The notes below the pieces were generated by a model, which saw only the letters and a program-made list of their open reading frames with translations, had not been told where the DNA came from and searched no databases. 64,000 nt of DNA from Eledone cirrhosa (lineage: Eukaryota), in the NCBI GenBank assembly GCA_964016885.1, contig OZ024741.1:284518001-284582000 (forward strand), read 5' to 3'. Positions within the stretch are counted from its first letter, which is position 1; the number at the start of each line of letters is the position of its first letter. This document shows, in pieces, positions 1-15,192 of this stretch. The position numbers and the translations under genes are program-made.

Positions 1-45
1 GATGGCCCTGTGATAAACAGACGAAACTCCAGAGTCACTATTTAG
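1..45 (+). ncRNA. Partial hammerhead-like motif of a PLE-type terminal repeat (cut by window edge)
   Basis: GATGG-ccctgtgataaacagac-GAAA-CTCCAGAG-TC; clearly related to CTGATGA-cgctgtgataactctggc-GAAA-CTCCAGAG-TA at 15089-15127. Confidence 0.45.
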
Positions 46-1007
46 CTATATAATAAAATAAATATAAGAAGAAATAGGAGTATTCGTTTAAGTAGGTTAA
101 TTCATGTTTGTGTAAAATGAATATGCGAAACAAAAATGGGAGAGGCAGCTTACCGATTAAATGTGTCCAACGGGTCGGTGGAGTTGTGTAATATAAGTAA
201 CTTGATGATACGAAATGCGTCAACGAGTATGGTATATATGTTCCAAGTAGAATTTCACGGAGTAATTTAAAGTGAATAGGGTCCTAGGAAAAAGTAGGCA
301 AAAATCTGTTGAAATTCAAAGAAAGATTTGTTACGTAATAGGGTCCCTTACACGTGTTGCAATGCAGTTATGCGATCGCCTACGAGAGCTGAAAAACTAT
401 GTTATATAATCCACTATTCCGCAAAGTGTATTTACATTAGTACTTCATCAGAGAGGTCTGGAAGAAAACTAAAGCTCTGAGGACCAGGTTCCGTTTAGAT
501 AGTAATTCTAGCATGCAGACAGGCACAACCTCAAAGTATTTATCGTCATATTAATCATATAATAATCATGCAAATTTAACGTTAAAATAAGAATATAGAT
601 ATACTCACATAGCACATTTCATGTGTACAAATCAATGAGAAGGAAACATTTTTTAGAGTAGCCAATGGAATGTGTTAGCAAGTCATTAGAGGAAATGGGT
701 CTAGCGACATGGCTAGTGCATCCAGTAATTGGTTAACTATAGTTCGTTATTATCATAAGGCGTGTAAATGTTTTACAGGCTTAAAGAAAAGAGGACAGCG
801 AGATGTATAAATTTACTGGGATAAGATCAAAGAAAGACGGTGTGGTTGAAATGAATAAATCCAACCAATAGCAAGCAGCTATAGATATAAGATTCAAGGG
901 TTGAGATTGGAAAGATAGCTTGGCTGAAGTAAATAATTTCGGCTAGTTATTGAAAAAGAAATTTGTTCTTAAATATAAGTGATAGTAAGCGTTTTTACAG
1001 TGACGTA

Positions 1008-1092
1008 ATATATTGGATCGTCAAGTATGAAATTTGTAGAAATTTTTTTTCTACAAATTTCTACAAATTTCATACATGACGATCCAATATAT
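1008..1092. repeat. Fold-back inverted repeat
   Basis: atatattggatcgtcaagtatgaaatttgtagaaattt ... aaatttctacaaatttcatacatgacgatccaatatat, one mismatch. Confidence 0.85.
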
Positions 1093-1942
1093 CCGTTGTT
1101 TGTTTCATTACATAGACATTTGGCATGTTAATAGGTAGACTTACTAGGCTTACGATGCCCCTAATTCTTTGTAAGGTGGGAATTGAATTCGGTTATACTC
1201 TGTTTTAATTTGATATAATGTTTTTAATACCTCTGAGGAAAGAGGAAAGTGCACTATGTAAAGAATTTGTAATCTAATTTATTGCTTTGCTTATTTTTTG
1301 CTTAGGAATTATGTATAATATCAATTCAGTAATTCTATGCATCATGTTGATACTCGGTAAACATGTGTAAGGGATTAAATGATTTAAAAAGTAATTTTTC
1401 CATCTATATATTTGATTACATTTGCTCTGTGTTTATGTCTGTTTTCCAACTTTTTCTCTCTAAGAAAATCCTCCTTTTTCTTCAGACCAATATAATGTAT
1501 AAACACATTGAGCTAATTCTATTTAGTAATTATATAATATCATATATAATTCTCCACATACATTTGAGTTATATATATTTTTATCTTTGCTATATATATA
1601 TATATATATAAAATTGCACAGGTGTTCTTAAAAACACCAAAATCCAGATAAGTAGAAATAGCTTTTATTGCGTAACCCTTACACGCATTTCCTCATATGC
1701 ATTACATATAAGTCTTGGACCGCTAATGTTTGCTTGGACCGCTAATGTTTGGTTATTTCATTACTCTAATCCAAATTAATTCGCATCCAACAACTTAGAT
1801 ATGTAATTACAATGAATTTGAATAATTCTCTCTCTCTCTATCCCTCTTTCTCTCTTTATATATATATATATATATATGTATGTATATATATATACATATA
1901 TATATACATACATATATGTATATATATGTATATATATGTATA

Positions 1943-2005
<63 letters not shown>

Positions 2006-2032
2006 ATACTTTGGGAGGGTCATGTTGCATAT

Positions 2033-2127
<95 letters not shown>

Positions 2128-2324
2128 CATTTTTTCGCGCGAGTCAGTTGTTTCGTTGCTACGGTCCCCGCGGCTGAATTACCGGTCGCCATCTTCAATT
2201 TGCAAAGCCCTTTAAACTGTATGTTATTACTCTGACGTGTTATACCTTGTCGAGTGCTTGGCTGCACTTCTGAATGCATTCGTCGGCTTAGCTGCGGCTC
2301 GAGCTTCAAATATGCTGTACTTCC

Positions 2325-2366
<42 letters not shown>

Positions 2367-2478
2367 AAAATTAAGTCAACTTTATTTAGTTACCTACCTA
2401 GCTATGTGTGGTTACACACTTGTAAAAATTATCTCCTGTGATTATTCATGTTTATATATATGTTAATCAATTTCTAGT

Positions 2479-2597
<119 letters not shown>

Positions 2598-2712
2598 CAC
2601 ATAAATATATATATATTGTATATGTATATATTAGGAATTGTGCAACTGTATACAAACTGAGACACCCTTATATATGTATCCACGTCCAAGTTCAAATCTG
2701 TATAGGGTGACA

Positions 2713-2838
<126 letters not shown>

Positions 2839-2965
2839 CCATAGCAATTTGAGCCAACTTATACAGCTTCATATGCAAATGAGATTAATCACCTCATTTA
2901 CACAGACAAAAAAACTATATGTTTTCGCCTAATTTCAAAGTCCAGCAGTTGCAAGAGCGGGAGAG

Positions 2966-3009
2966 ATCGTCCTGACGAAAACCAATTGCGTTCGTAATGC
3001 GTCGACGAT
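2966..3009 (+). ncRNA. Minimal type I hammerhead ribozyme, mutated
   Basis: Stem I atcgtc/gacgat, CTGACGA, stem II aac/gtt, GTAA in place of GAAA, tgcg-TC. Confidence 0.55.
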
Positions 3010-3189
3010 TGTCCCCCTTGCTTCTGACAGACACCACTGGGTGGCGATAGCTGCTAGTGTTTTTCATAGCTATGGCTTTCTAAATGTTTATTTAAAAACA
3101 TACCGTATTTTTTAGAAGTACAAAATTCAAATACATATTTGTATGCAGCTATGTTCGAAGCTAAATTCTAATATATATATATGAAAAAA

Positions 3190-3390
3190 ACCCACAGACC
3201 CTCCATCTCAACCCTACTTTTGAAAAGCAGAAGAACTGCGAAACCGGTAAAGAAACCAAATAAATATATATATTTAAAAAAAAATAAGACTCCAGTTGCA
3301 TTTTCGATTTCATCTTTTTTTCTTTATACTTTCACTCGTGTAGGACACCTCGGTTATTTTTCATTTTGTACAAAAAACCTCACTTTCTAA
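3190..3390 (+). mobile_element. Short PLE-type terminal fragment between (TA)n tracts
   Basis: Close reverse-complement match to 58640-58836; carries GAAA-CCGG-TA (3' half of an HHR). Confidence 0.6.
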
Positions 3391-3870
3391 TATATATATA
3401 TATATATATAGTGTTTTACATTACACCTTACATAAAAAAATACCTACATTATCACCACATGCCTCTCTAACAAATTGCACACTATCTTAAATGTTTATAA
3501 CAAATATAACATGCGTTAACACCCCACACAAAATATGTATATTTCAACTGCAGTATAACTCTTTTCTCATACATGCCTTATTGACTGTATTGACTCCTGC
3601 ATTGTACACCTATTTTCCTTGCTTATAACTTCTTTTCCTATGTATTTTTGCTTGTGTATTTTCTTTGCTTGTGATTTTTTTTGCGTGTGATTTTTACTTT
3701 TACTTATACCTATTACACTTCCAACCAGTGCTGCCTGTAATTGTGTTATTTCAAGCGGAACACCTTTGTAACTCCTGAATCTCCACATGATGCCTTTGAC
3801 ACTAATAACAACTTTGTACCCTAAATGTTCTAAATGACTAGGATTCTAGTTACACGTTTTCGACATTCCT

Positions 3871-3921
3871 TATGGTCCGATGATTTCAGACTTCCCTCTG
3901 GAAGAAACAATTGTCAGCTAA
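3871..3921 (+). ncRNA. Hammerhead motif with CCGATGA core variant
   Basis: CCGATGA, stem II ttcaga/tctgga, GAAA-CAATTG-TC; stem I degenerate; downstream aataaa...aaactaaa.tttgat shared with the 47392 copy. Confidence 0.6.
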
Positions 3922-4067
3922 TAAATGTTCTAAACTAAAATTTGATCGTTTTAACACTTTGTATCTCGGCTCTGTAAAACGCTTGAAAATTTGCATTGAG
4001 CCTTTTGTCATACCGGTAACCAGCTAGTACTTAGTACTACCCTACATATTTATAGTTATATCAAACA

Positions 4068-4198
<131 letters not shown>

Positions 4199-4651
4199 CA
4201 AAGTGTTGTAGTTTGCTTGAAGCATTGCGGAATAAGAATAAGAAACACAAATTTAAGTAGGAAATAAATTTAATTATTTGGAAGCCCCACAATGTATGTG
4301 AGAATATATATATTACTAACAAAATTAATTAATATGTCATGTTTGAGAAAATGTCAGACATGTGCTATAAGACATGTGTTAAAGAAACTCCAAGAAAGAT
4401 TCTAAAGAATAAATCCGATCATTTTTAAAACGATTGACATATATATATATATATATATAAAATGTATCAAACATTTAAATATGGTGCCTTTAGCAATTAT
4501 GTTCTTGCATTCTTTTCAAATTATCTCCTATTGATATTTTATATATATATGTCAATCGCTTTTTAAAAATTATATATATATATATTTATGTGTCTGCGTA
4601 TATATATATATATTTATATGTGTGTGTGTAAATATATATATATATATATAT

Positions 4652-5211
4652 GGTCGGGTCGTTGGCGACTAAACTGGCAACCCCACCAAGGTTTCTTGGT
4701 GAGGAGGGTGACTTTGGACATCCTGCAGGACTAAAAACAAAACGTGTCAAAGGGCAAAGGAGCTCTTAAGAGTCAATGGCCATCCAAAATCACCGTGAGA
4801 GATGACCCCTTAGCCTTTGTCAAGGCAAAATTCTAGGAGAAGGAAAACTCTGATATAACACCTGCAACTCTGATGGTATCCAATGATGTTGACTTGTTCT
4901 TCTTTTTGGTAAATATCATCTTGGTTAAGAGAGTGGGACTGGCTTTGTGCAGTGCCTTTGCTCACTATAAAAGCTTCACGGCACAGGCATTGCTTTATAT
5001 CTGGAGATCTCTCTGCACTTGTCGTCACATGGTACCATGGGCCTAGCACTATGTGTCAATAATTGTCACAAGTGTAGTGTTTGTACCAGAGTTTTCAAGT
5101 CGCTGGCTGGACTAAAAAGTCACACTCGTTCAGCGCATCGGTATGGGTTCTCCTACATGGATATAAAGTATAAAGTAGTGGCCGTACTCGAAAACGAGTT
5201 GGCAGCCACCA

Positions 5212-5215
<4 letters not shown>
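4652..5215 (+). mobile_element. Internally deleted RTE-clade LINE (5' UTR-like segment plus C-terminal C2H2 finger and 3' end)
   Basis: ctaggagaaggaaaactctga resembles RTE 5' UTRs; HKCSVCTRVFKSLAGLKSHTRSAH; ends ctcgaaaacgag...gccaccacc; (TA)n on both sides. Confidence 0.55.
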
Positions 5216-5277
<62 letters not shown>

Positions 5278-5725
5278 TGTTATACTTGGGGAGGGACACA
5301 TTGTTGTAATATTGCCAGAAATAATAACAGAACATTCACTGTTTGGTTGGTTTTCGCTTCTGTATCTTTTATATCTCCATAGTTAATTTATTTGGCAATC
5401 AATGTTTATGATTGATTGACCAGCGGTTAAAAATACTGATATAAATATATATATATATATAGTCTATCAAAGTTCTTTCGTTGCACATCTGCAACATCAC
5501 CAGTGGTACTATTATGTTCCCTCTTATTGTATTATAATGCCTACGCCATTTTTATTTAATTAATTGATTAATTAATTTGTTTATTCTTGTCTCTGTCTCT
5601 GCGCATGCGTTTGCGTGTGTGTATAATGTTTGGTGTATGTGTTCGTGTTTTAGTGTATGTCTTTTTGTTTTTGTATCTATCTTTGTTCAGTAGTGTGTGT
5701 TTATATGTGTTGTTGTTATTGTACT

Positions 5726-5801
<76 letters not shown>

Positions 5802-5807
5802 TATATG

Positions 5808-5920
<113 letters not shown>

Positions 5921-5934
5921 TTATTTATATTTTT

Positions 5935-7912
5935 CCTTCAGTCAGTATTGTTTGTTTGGGTATGGTTGTTGTTATTCCATTCACTTTTTCTGCTTCACTT
6001 TGGCCTTCTTAGTTCTATCTCAGTTCCTTCTCTGATTTGCCTACCGGTAGAGTCATTTCTATGCTTAGATATTATTTTAATTTCTATGTTGTCTATATTA
6101 CCGTCATGCGTGTTCATATAGTACTGAACCGTTTTTTTGTCTTTTTAGTTCCACCCCAGTTTTGGTCTATTCTTACTCCTATGCTTCGAGCTGTCTCGCC
6201 TATGTATGTCGTTGTCATTATTTTTGCAAGTACCCTCTGTTCATCTTATGCTATAGACTACATTCTAGTTTTACAATTTATCTGGGGGTTCATTTTACAT
6301 ATAACACATTTCTTATTTGTACAGTGGGTTTTCTTAAAGGGGTGTGCTTTGCTGATCAGGGATTTTATGGTAGTTCCTGGCTTTCTACCACCTTAATCTT
6401 TAGATGGGTCTTTCTTAGGCCCTTTCTACATTGCTTAGCTAATTTATCTTCGGGGATAGCATCCATGAGCATGACACTCCGGTATCTCTGGTTGTCGTAC
6501 CATGAAGTGGCTTTTCCTATCTTATGTTTAGTCCTATCTAAGCTATTCCATGATTGGCTCCTCTATAATGGGCAGATTCCTTTCATGTCCATTTCTATGA
6601 GGGTCTTATATTTCTCCGTGGCTCCTTTGTATTCTCCGATTCTGTCTCTTTGGTTGTAGTCAGAGAACTGCATGGGATTGATGATGTTGGATGTGTCTTT
6701 CCATTTCAGTTGGGTCGCACATGCGGGACACATTCTTCATCAAGTCTGCGATCAGAATATTAAACTTAGCATTATTGGACATTGCTGAGTTTTTGAGTAC
6801 CAGGTATTTGGAGACCATGGGTTTGGCATAGTGTGAGTGGAGAATTTGTGCCCTCTCGTCAATAGTGTTAATCAAGAGTTCGTGTCTAATACAGGTAGTC
6901 TATTGTTAAGGTGTTTCGAAGGGTAGTCAACAGTTACAGTTATACTCTGGTGTATGGAGTTCGCTATCTGCTGGATGCTCTCCATTGTGCTATTTTCTAA
7001 ATCATGTTTATTAGTACTCTCTTGTGGGGGTGTTCTTATTACTATATTAATATCATCTACGTAACGAGAGTACATGACGAGGTATATGGAGCTCTCATCA
7101 AGGAGTTCTCTGAGTCTCTTCTCCCACCATACCATAAATAGATTGGCAACATCGCTAGCCATGCTGACTCCAATGGCTGCTCCCTCATTCTGGGTGTAGA
7201 TCTTTTCATCTAATTTAAACATATGGCCCTTTAGGGTAGTTTTAATACTAGCCCCTATTGCATGTGCAACCATTTTTCTGACCTGATCATTGTTTTTGGG
7301 TGTCCGTATAGCTTTGGTCCATCCATTCCATCTTCCCATGGGAGTCTTTTTGGCCATTGAACTTATGGTGGGGGGGGGGGGGTCTACCTCTTACTGGGGC
7401 AGAAACAGCTAAGGTCATGCATTTCTAGGTATTCGGTGTCATAAGTAAGTCTAAGTAGGAGGCCCAATTCATCTGTGTCGACGTCGCAGAACTCCACTTC
7501 GCTCTCACTGGTCTTGTTGGTGGTCCTGTCGTCGGGTCTTTGGTTGTCTTATGGTCTTTGCGGAGCCCTTACAAGGGTGATATGTCATTGTTAAACGCTT
7601 GGAAGTTGTTGGCTGTGCGTCTACTTGGCTTTAGGATGTCAGTCCACATCATCATGTGAGCGTTGAGAATCTTTTCTCTCTCCTCATGTGTTTGTTGTGT
7701 TGTTTCGCTCGTGTTGATGATGTTGCATATCCTTGATATAGTTCGGCATGCTGTCTATTGACATCCTACCAGATTTATCTGAGGCTAAGTAGGCCTTCTA
7801 CAGGTTTTCTTCCAAGTTGTTGAATTTCTGGTCTGCTTTGTCTCTTAGTATATTGGTCTACTATTTGTCTAAGTTTATTTCTACGTATGGTAAACTGTGT
7901 CTCTGTTTCGTC
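5935..7912 (-). mobile_element. Degenerate Penelope-like retroelement (RT plus GIY-YIG endonuclease)
   Basis: ORF 6872-7357: YTQNEGAAIG..MASDVANLFM, YSRYVDDINIV, RLPVLD; thumb HYAKPMVSKYLV; at about 6140-6330 CTNKKCVIC..NCKT, NVVYSI, TYIGETARS across frameshifts. Confidence 0.9.
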
Positions 7913-7913
7913 A

Positions 7914-8095
<182 letters not shown>

Positions 8096-8192
8096 GATTT
8101 TGAGTTTATGTTGGTTGTATACCAACACCTCAGTATGCAGGCTGGAGCACTCGACGAAGTGCGCAGGTTGGTTTGGTTACTCCGGAGTAGTG

Positions 8193-9521
<1,329 letters not shown>

Positions 9522-9709
9522 GTATATATATATATATATCTATATATATATATATCTATATATATATATATATCTGCACACACATTTATATATATATATA
9601 TTTACACACACACATATAGTATATATGTATGTGTGTGTCTTTACCCCCATTTCTCCATGGACACCTTTTAAGCATGACCGTAAGCCTTATATATCTTTGA
9701 ATAATGTTA

Positions 9710-9915
9710 TCTAAATTTGGCACAAGCACAAGTTGAGCCATTTTAGGACGAGGGTAAGTAGATTATATTGACTCTAGTATCTAGCTCGCACTTTATTTCA
9801 TCGGTCTCGGAAGGATGAGAGGTGACTTGGCGGAACTTGAACACAGAACTTAAAATGCCGGAACAGATACTGCTAGATATTTGTCCGAAGCTCTGAGGTG
9901 TCTTTCAAACGCACC
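9710..9915 (-). mobile_element. Diverged tRNA-derived SINE (family A relative)
   Basis: Shares ggcacaag..., ctttatttcatcg...aaggatga..., gaacttgaac with 61453-61628. Confidence 0.6.
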
Positions 9916-10051
9916 ATGCTCTATATCTCTTATAATAGTAATAATATGGATGAGGGATTAAGGAATTCGCTTATGGTTCAATCGGACTTGTGTAAATTTC
10001 TACTACTATAGTGAGTAGTAATTTGGTAGACGGAAATTGCAGAAGCCCGTC

Positions 10052-10109
<58 letters not shown>

Positions 10110-10206
10110 GTATATATATTATATAGTTTAACAGTGTATAACATTGTGTTACTATTGGTTTACCAGTTTGAGCTCAGCCGTCGGGGTCCTGACTCTTTTC
10201 CTATAT

Positions 10207-10239
<33 letters not shown>

Positions 10240-11320
10240 TATATTTGCGTGTTTGTGTGTGTGTGTATGTGTGTGTCTGTGTGTGTGTGTGTTTGTTCAA
10301 GTCTCTATTTACATTTGTGCCTGTTGGTGGTTATGTCTCGATAAAATAAGTACTGGGTGCTTATGATTGACTCAATCTTGGCATATATCATAAGATAGAT
10401 AGATAGATAGATAGATAGAGATATAGAGATAGATAGAGAGATAGGTAGAGAGATAGCGAGAGAGAAAGAGAGTTACAGAGAGGTAAAATCCCGGTTGTGG
10501 CACCGCAGTCGGGATTTTACCTATTTCTATACGCACTTTGCATCTCACTGTGCATTAAATAGTCTACACTAACAGCACCGCATACTCTCTCTGTCTCTCT
10601 ATCTACCCCTTTCTCTCGCTCCTCTCGCTCTCCCCCCCTCTCTCTCTCTCTACACACACATATATATATATATTACCTACTCTACTACCCTAAGTATCGT
10701 ATCGAGTACTCTGGTGAGTAATGGTCTAACTGGTTTTTGCCGCCTCCATTCTGATATATATTTATATATATAAAGAGAGAGAGAGAGAGAGAGGGACAGA
10801 GAGAGAAAGAGAGATAGACAGGGAGGGGGGCAGGAAAAGTTGACCTCTGCGGGTTTTGAACACAGTATGTGATGTGTGTAGAGCCAGAACAAAAGAACGC
10901 AATTGCATTTTATTCAATTTTGCCAATCCAGTGCCGTTATATAGCCATAGATATTGAATATAGTTTTCTCCTTCTTCGGTATTCTGCTGACCTCTAACAG
11001 TCCATCATTCTTCAATATCAATCGTAGAAAGTAGCTAAGAGAAATCATGTAACTGTTTTCTATTAAATTTTCTAAAAGTCGGAATATAAGAATACTTTTA
11101 ATTACTCTCGCGATTCAGAAATGCAGACCGTAAGGATTCTTCGTTAACTTAATGTTAATTAAATCCAACTATAGATATTAGGAAGAGGGTAAATTAACAG
11201 AGTCTTTAGGAAGGTTGTATAAAATGTTTTGTGCTAATTGTTCCAGCTATCAGTACCGTCGAAATCAACTTTGCCTTTCATCGTTTGGAGTGTCAGTCGA
11301 GTTCTGGTGTCGATTATATA

Positions 11321-11412
<92 letters not shown>

Positions 11413-11574
11413 TATGTATATAAACGTAGTCACTGTTGTGATATACGGTTCGAACATATCAAATTCTTCCGGTGAAAGTGTAAATGTCGAAGGAAGAGAG
11501 AAAGTTAGAAAGAAAAAGAGAGAGAGAGAGAGTGAAAAAGAAACAAATGGCGAGAGGGAGAGAGAGAAAGACAT

Positions 11575-11641
<67 letters not shown>

Positions 11642-11869
11642 GAGAGTGAGTGAAATTCGACGTCAGTATGGGAATGGTTATTGATGTTGAAAAGTTGATA
11701 AGCAAAATTAACTTTGGTGTGATATGAACGGAGAGCCACAGAGAACCGGAGAGAATACTGTAGATATTTGACCTAAAAACTCTGACAATTAGTCGCTTAA
11801 GGTTAGGAATAGTGTCGTTTCGATCAATTACCAATAAAATTATAACTTACTGATTCTGAATTAATCAAC

Positions 11870-12892
11870 TTCGACAGCAGTCATTTTAACTCATGATGTC
11901 ACACAGTGGTTTCTTCCATTGAATGTAGCAGAGCCGGAAGTCATTTTCTCTAAGTGTCCTTAGCTAATCGGTTACGATGTTTTTCTATGTTTTTCCTAGA
12001 CATAACATGATGACCTATTTTCGAAGTCTTTCCAAGACATCTTTGTAGGTGTGATTAACTGTCTCCTGGAGGTAAGAATTATTTGTGAACAATATCACGG
12101 CTGTCGAAAAAAAATGATAATCGTCGTTTTCACCCTGGATCTGCTCATACTTGCTTTCTTCGGACATAGGGAATTTTTCGTGTGCCACTCCTTCATTTGT
12201 CGTTTTCTCTCTGGATCGTACTCGGACACCAATGATTCATCTTCTGTTTTTGCATAATCTAAGAAATTTAGCTCGATTTCGAATCTTCCTAGCAAATACT
12301 GACAAATTCCCTACCTGTTCGATTTTTATTCTATGATAAGTCTTTGGGTACTAGTTTTGCACAAATATTTCGCATGTGCAAATGGTTTGTTAATATTCTG
12401 TGAACTGTATTTTTATTCAAACCCGTTTCTACTGCAATTATCCTAACATTTAATCGTTGATCTTTCACCATCACCGCTCGCACCACGTCCACATTTTGTT
12501 CATTTGTTGACGAGATTGACCTTCCAGAAATAGGTTTGACTGCAACATTTCTCAGCCCTCTTTGAAAGCATTGTGTTATTTAAAAACCTTACTTCTCTAT
12601 AGAGAGGCATCTCCATAAGCTTGTGTTAAAGAATTAAATGCTTCGGTGGTAGATTTGTTGATATTCAACACAAAATTAAATTTAATTAAATTTGCATCGC
12701 AAACGTAACAGAGGTTATAAGTACGTCTGTACATAAACAGCAATACATCACGATTGACTCAAGCTATCGTGTTCAAACAAGTATGTACGTGCAGCCAAAG
12801 TCATAACCAATACGCCTATATATATACCAAGGTGCTGAGTTACCATGACGTACATAGGAAAATCGGTATCCTTACTTTGGGGAAAACCTTCG
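11870..12892 (-). mobile_element. Mariner transposon remnant with 5' TIR
   Basis: TA followed by cgaaggttttccccaaagtaagga on the minus strand; TVHRILTNHLHMRNICAKLVPK, EDESLVSEYDPERKRQ..W..PKKA..SRSRVK..IIFFD; stops and frameshifts. Confidence 0.9.
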
Positions 12893-13019
12893 TATATGTA
12901 TGTATCTACTGATTAAGTTGTAGGGGTACTGATGCGACATACCACGTCTTGGACATTCAAATCTGACGGAGCTCATCTCCTCTCCAAGTCTGAATGCAGC
13001 CGATTTCTTCTAGAGAAGG

Positions 13020-13220
13020 ATAGAGGTTGAGAAAGAAGATAGAAATAGATATAGAGGAAGAATTTATCCCAGTACTGGACTGGTATATATTTTATAGATA
13101 TCGAAATGATGAAAGGCAAAGTTGACCTCGGTGGGATTTGAATTTTGTGCGTCGAGAGCCGGACCGAGTACTGCAAAGCATTATACTTGATGTTCTAACG
13201 ATTTTGCCAAATTCGCCGCC
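13020..13220 (-). mobile_element. tRNA-derived SINE (family A relative)
   Basis: gatgaaaggcaaagttgacctcggtgggatttgaa core; ends ttttgccaaattcgccgcc. Confidence 0.7.
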
Positions 13221-13489
13221 TATCACTAACATAGTAAACACCTCAAATCATTTCGTTAGTCGTTTCGCCTATTTTAGAAACGAGACTCTACTTTATAGAT
13301 ATGTGTAACATCGAGTTCAGAAGATAAATGTTTTAATATCTATATGGTCTCATAAAAAACTTGATTAAACGGTATAAAAAAAAAAAAAAAAAAAAAAGAT
13401 AGGACACACACAGTTGATCGAACATTGGTTTTCTCTTCCATGTGTTATCTCTGTGCTATTGATTTTTATATGCAGCTTATATATATATA

Positions 13490-13566
<77 letters not shown>

Positions 13567-13641
13567 ATATATATATATACATATACATATATATGTATAC
13601 ATATATATATATATATATATACATATCTATATACATACACA

Positions 13642-13747
<106 letters not shown>

Positions 13748-14519
13748 CATTTATATGTGTGTATATAATTATGACCGTCAAGTTGCCTCAATTTTAACAT
13801 AAGTACATCTAAAACAAACCAAAGCTATTCACGAATTGAAGCAAACGTAGCTTATTCACCCATTTAAGACCTCACTCTCCAGAACTCTACCGCAGAAGGA
13901 AAGCAAAAATCACAATCGAAACTAACCACTAATCTGCAACAATTAATGATGTGAGGATGGCAGACGTCATCGGGCTACAGTTATGTGTGCAATTAATGGT
14001 TTTAGTAGTCGTGCTAAGACCCGTTCTATTTTATGGAGAGGGAATCTAGTGCTGTCGATGATCGAGAGTACATTTAGATGGGTTAAGTCTCTGGTGTCCT
14101 TGTGTGTCTTGATAAGGCAGTAGAATCGCCGCATTATTGACTGGTATGCAAGGAAGCTTTTGTGTGTGTGTGTGTGTATGTGTGTTTAGTTTCATGCTAT
14201 CAGAGACACTTTTTCCACAGGTTGTTGCCATTGTAACTGGCAAATTGCAAATTGCATCTTTTAGTGCAGTTTGCACTTCCAGAAATTGGTCCATTACAAA
14301 TATACATTTTGTTAGTACTCTGAGAGCAGTTAGTTCGTTTATACGTTGAAACTGTATCTTATTGAGTGAGTAATCGTGAGCAACAGAAATTATAGAAAAT
14401 ATATTTCCTATAGCCTCGATAACTAGACAACACACACACACACACACACACACATACACACACACATATATATATTTTTTTGAAAAGGGAACTAAGGTTC
14501 TATACAAAACAGTGGTTAT

Positions 14520-14957
14520 AGAGAAAAGGTGAAGTTGGAAATAGCACAGAAAATATATTTAAGGGTCTGCTTTTCTTTTTTTAACTTTTTTTGATTCGTC
14601 AAAGTGACATTATTGAAAAGAATGAGAGGGACAATTCTTTTAAAAAAGAGTTTTATAATGTATATAAAGTATATAAAGTATAACCGGTTTCGATGTATTA
14701 GTAAAATTCATCTTATCAAATGTTGAGTATTACAATTAAAAAGAATTAATAAGAATTAAAAACTAAAAATTAAAGATTTAAGATTAAGAGTTGAGGTAAG
14801 TTCTTTTCATCTTCCTTGTTGACAATGAGACTTTTTTTTATCCCGTCTCCTTAATAATGTCACTTTGACGAATCAAAGAAAGGAACACAAAAAAAAAAAA
14901 AGTAAAACAGACCCTTATATATATTTTCCGTGCTATTTCCAATTTCGCCTTTTCTCT
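14520..14957. repeat. Diverged fold-back with about 100-bp arms enclosing a decayed hammerhead
   Basis: agagaaaaggtgaagttggaaatagcac...gattcgtcaaagtgacattatt versus its reverse complement at about 14853-14957; minus strand 14677-14726 TTGATAA-gatg..catc-GAAA-CCGG-TT. Confidence 0.8.
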
Positions 14958-15088
14958 CTCTCACTCTCTCTCTCTATATATATCTGTATGCAGTATACGG
15001 CTGAGAGAAAGGAGTACTCAATACCGAAGTAGAGTTTTAATATTAATCTTATCAGGGCTAAATAGTGAGTCTTGTTACAAGAAACTAT

Positions 15089-15132
15089 CTGATGACGCTG
15101 TGATAACTCTGGCGAAACTCCAGAGTAACAAG
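15089..15132 (+). ncRNA. Hammerhead motif in a small fold-back
   Basis: CTGATGA-cgc..gc-GAAA-CTCCAGAG-TA; flanks aatagtgagtcttgttac / gtaacaagattcactatt are inverted. Confidence 0.55.
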
Positions 15133-15156
15133 ATTCACTATTTTGCCTTAATAATA

Positions 15157-15189
<33 letters not shown>

Positions 15190-15192
<3 letters not shown>

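Noticed and set aside
100-1400. Possible highly decayed PLE body
   Set aside because: No diagnostic RT or GIY-YIG motif could be recovered by hand.
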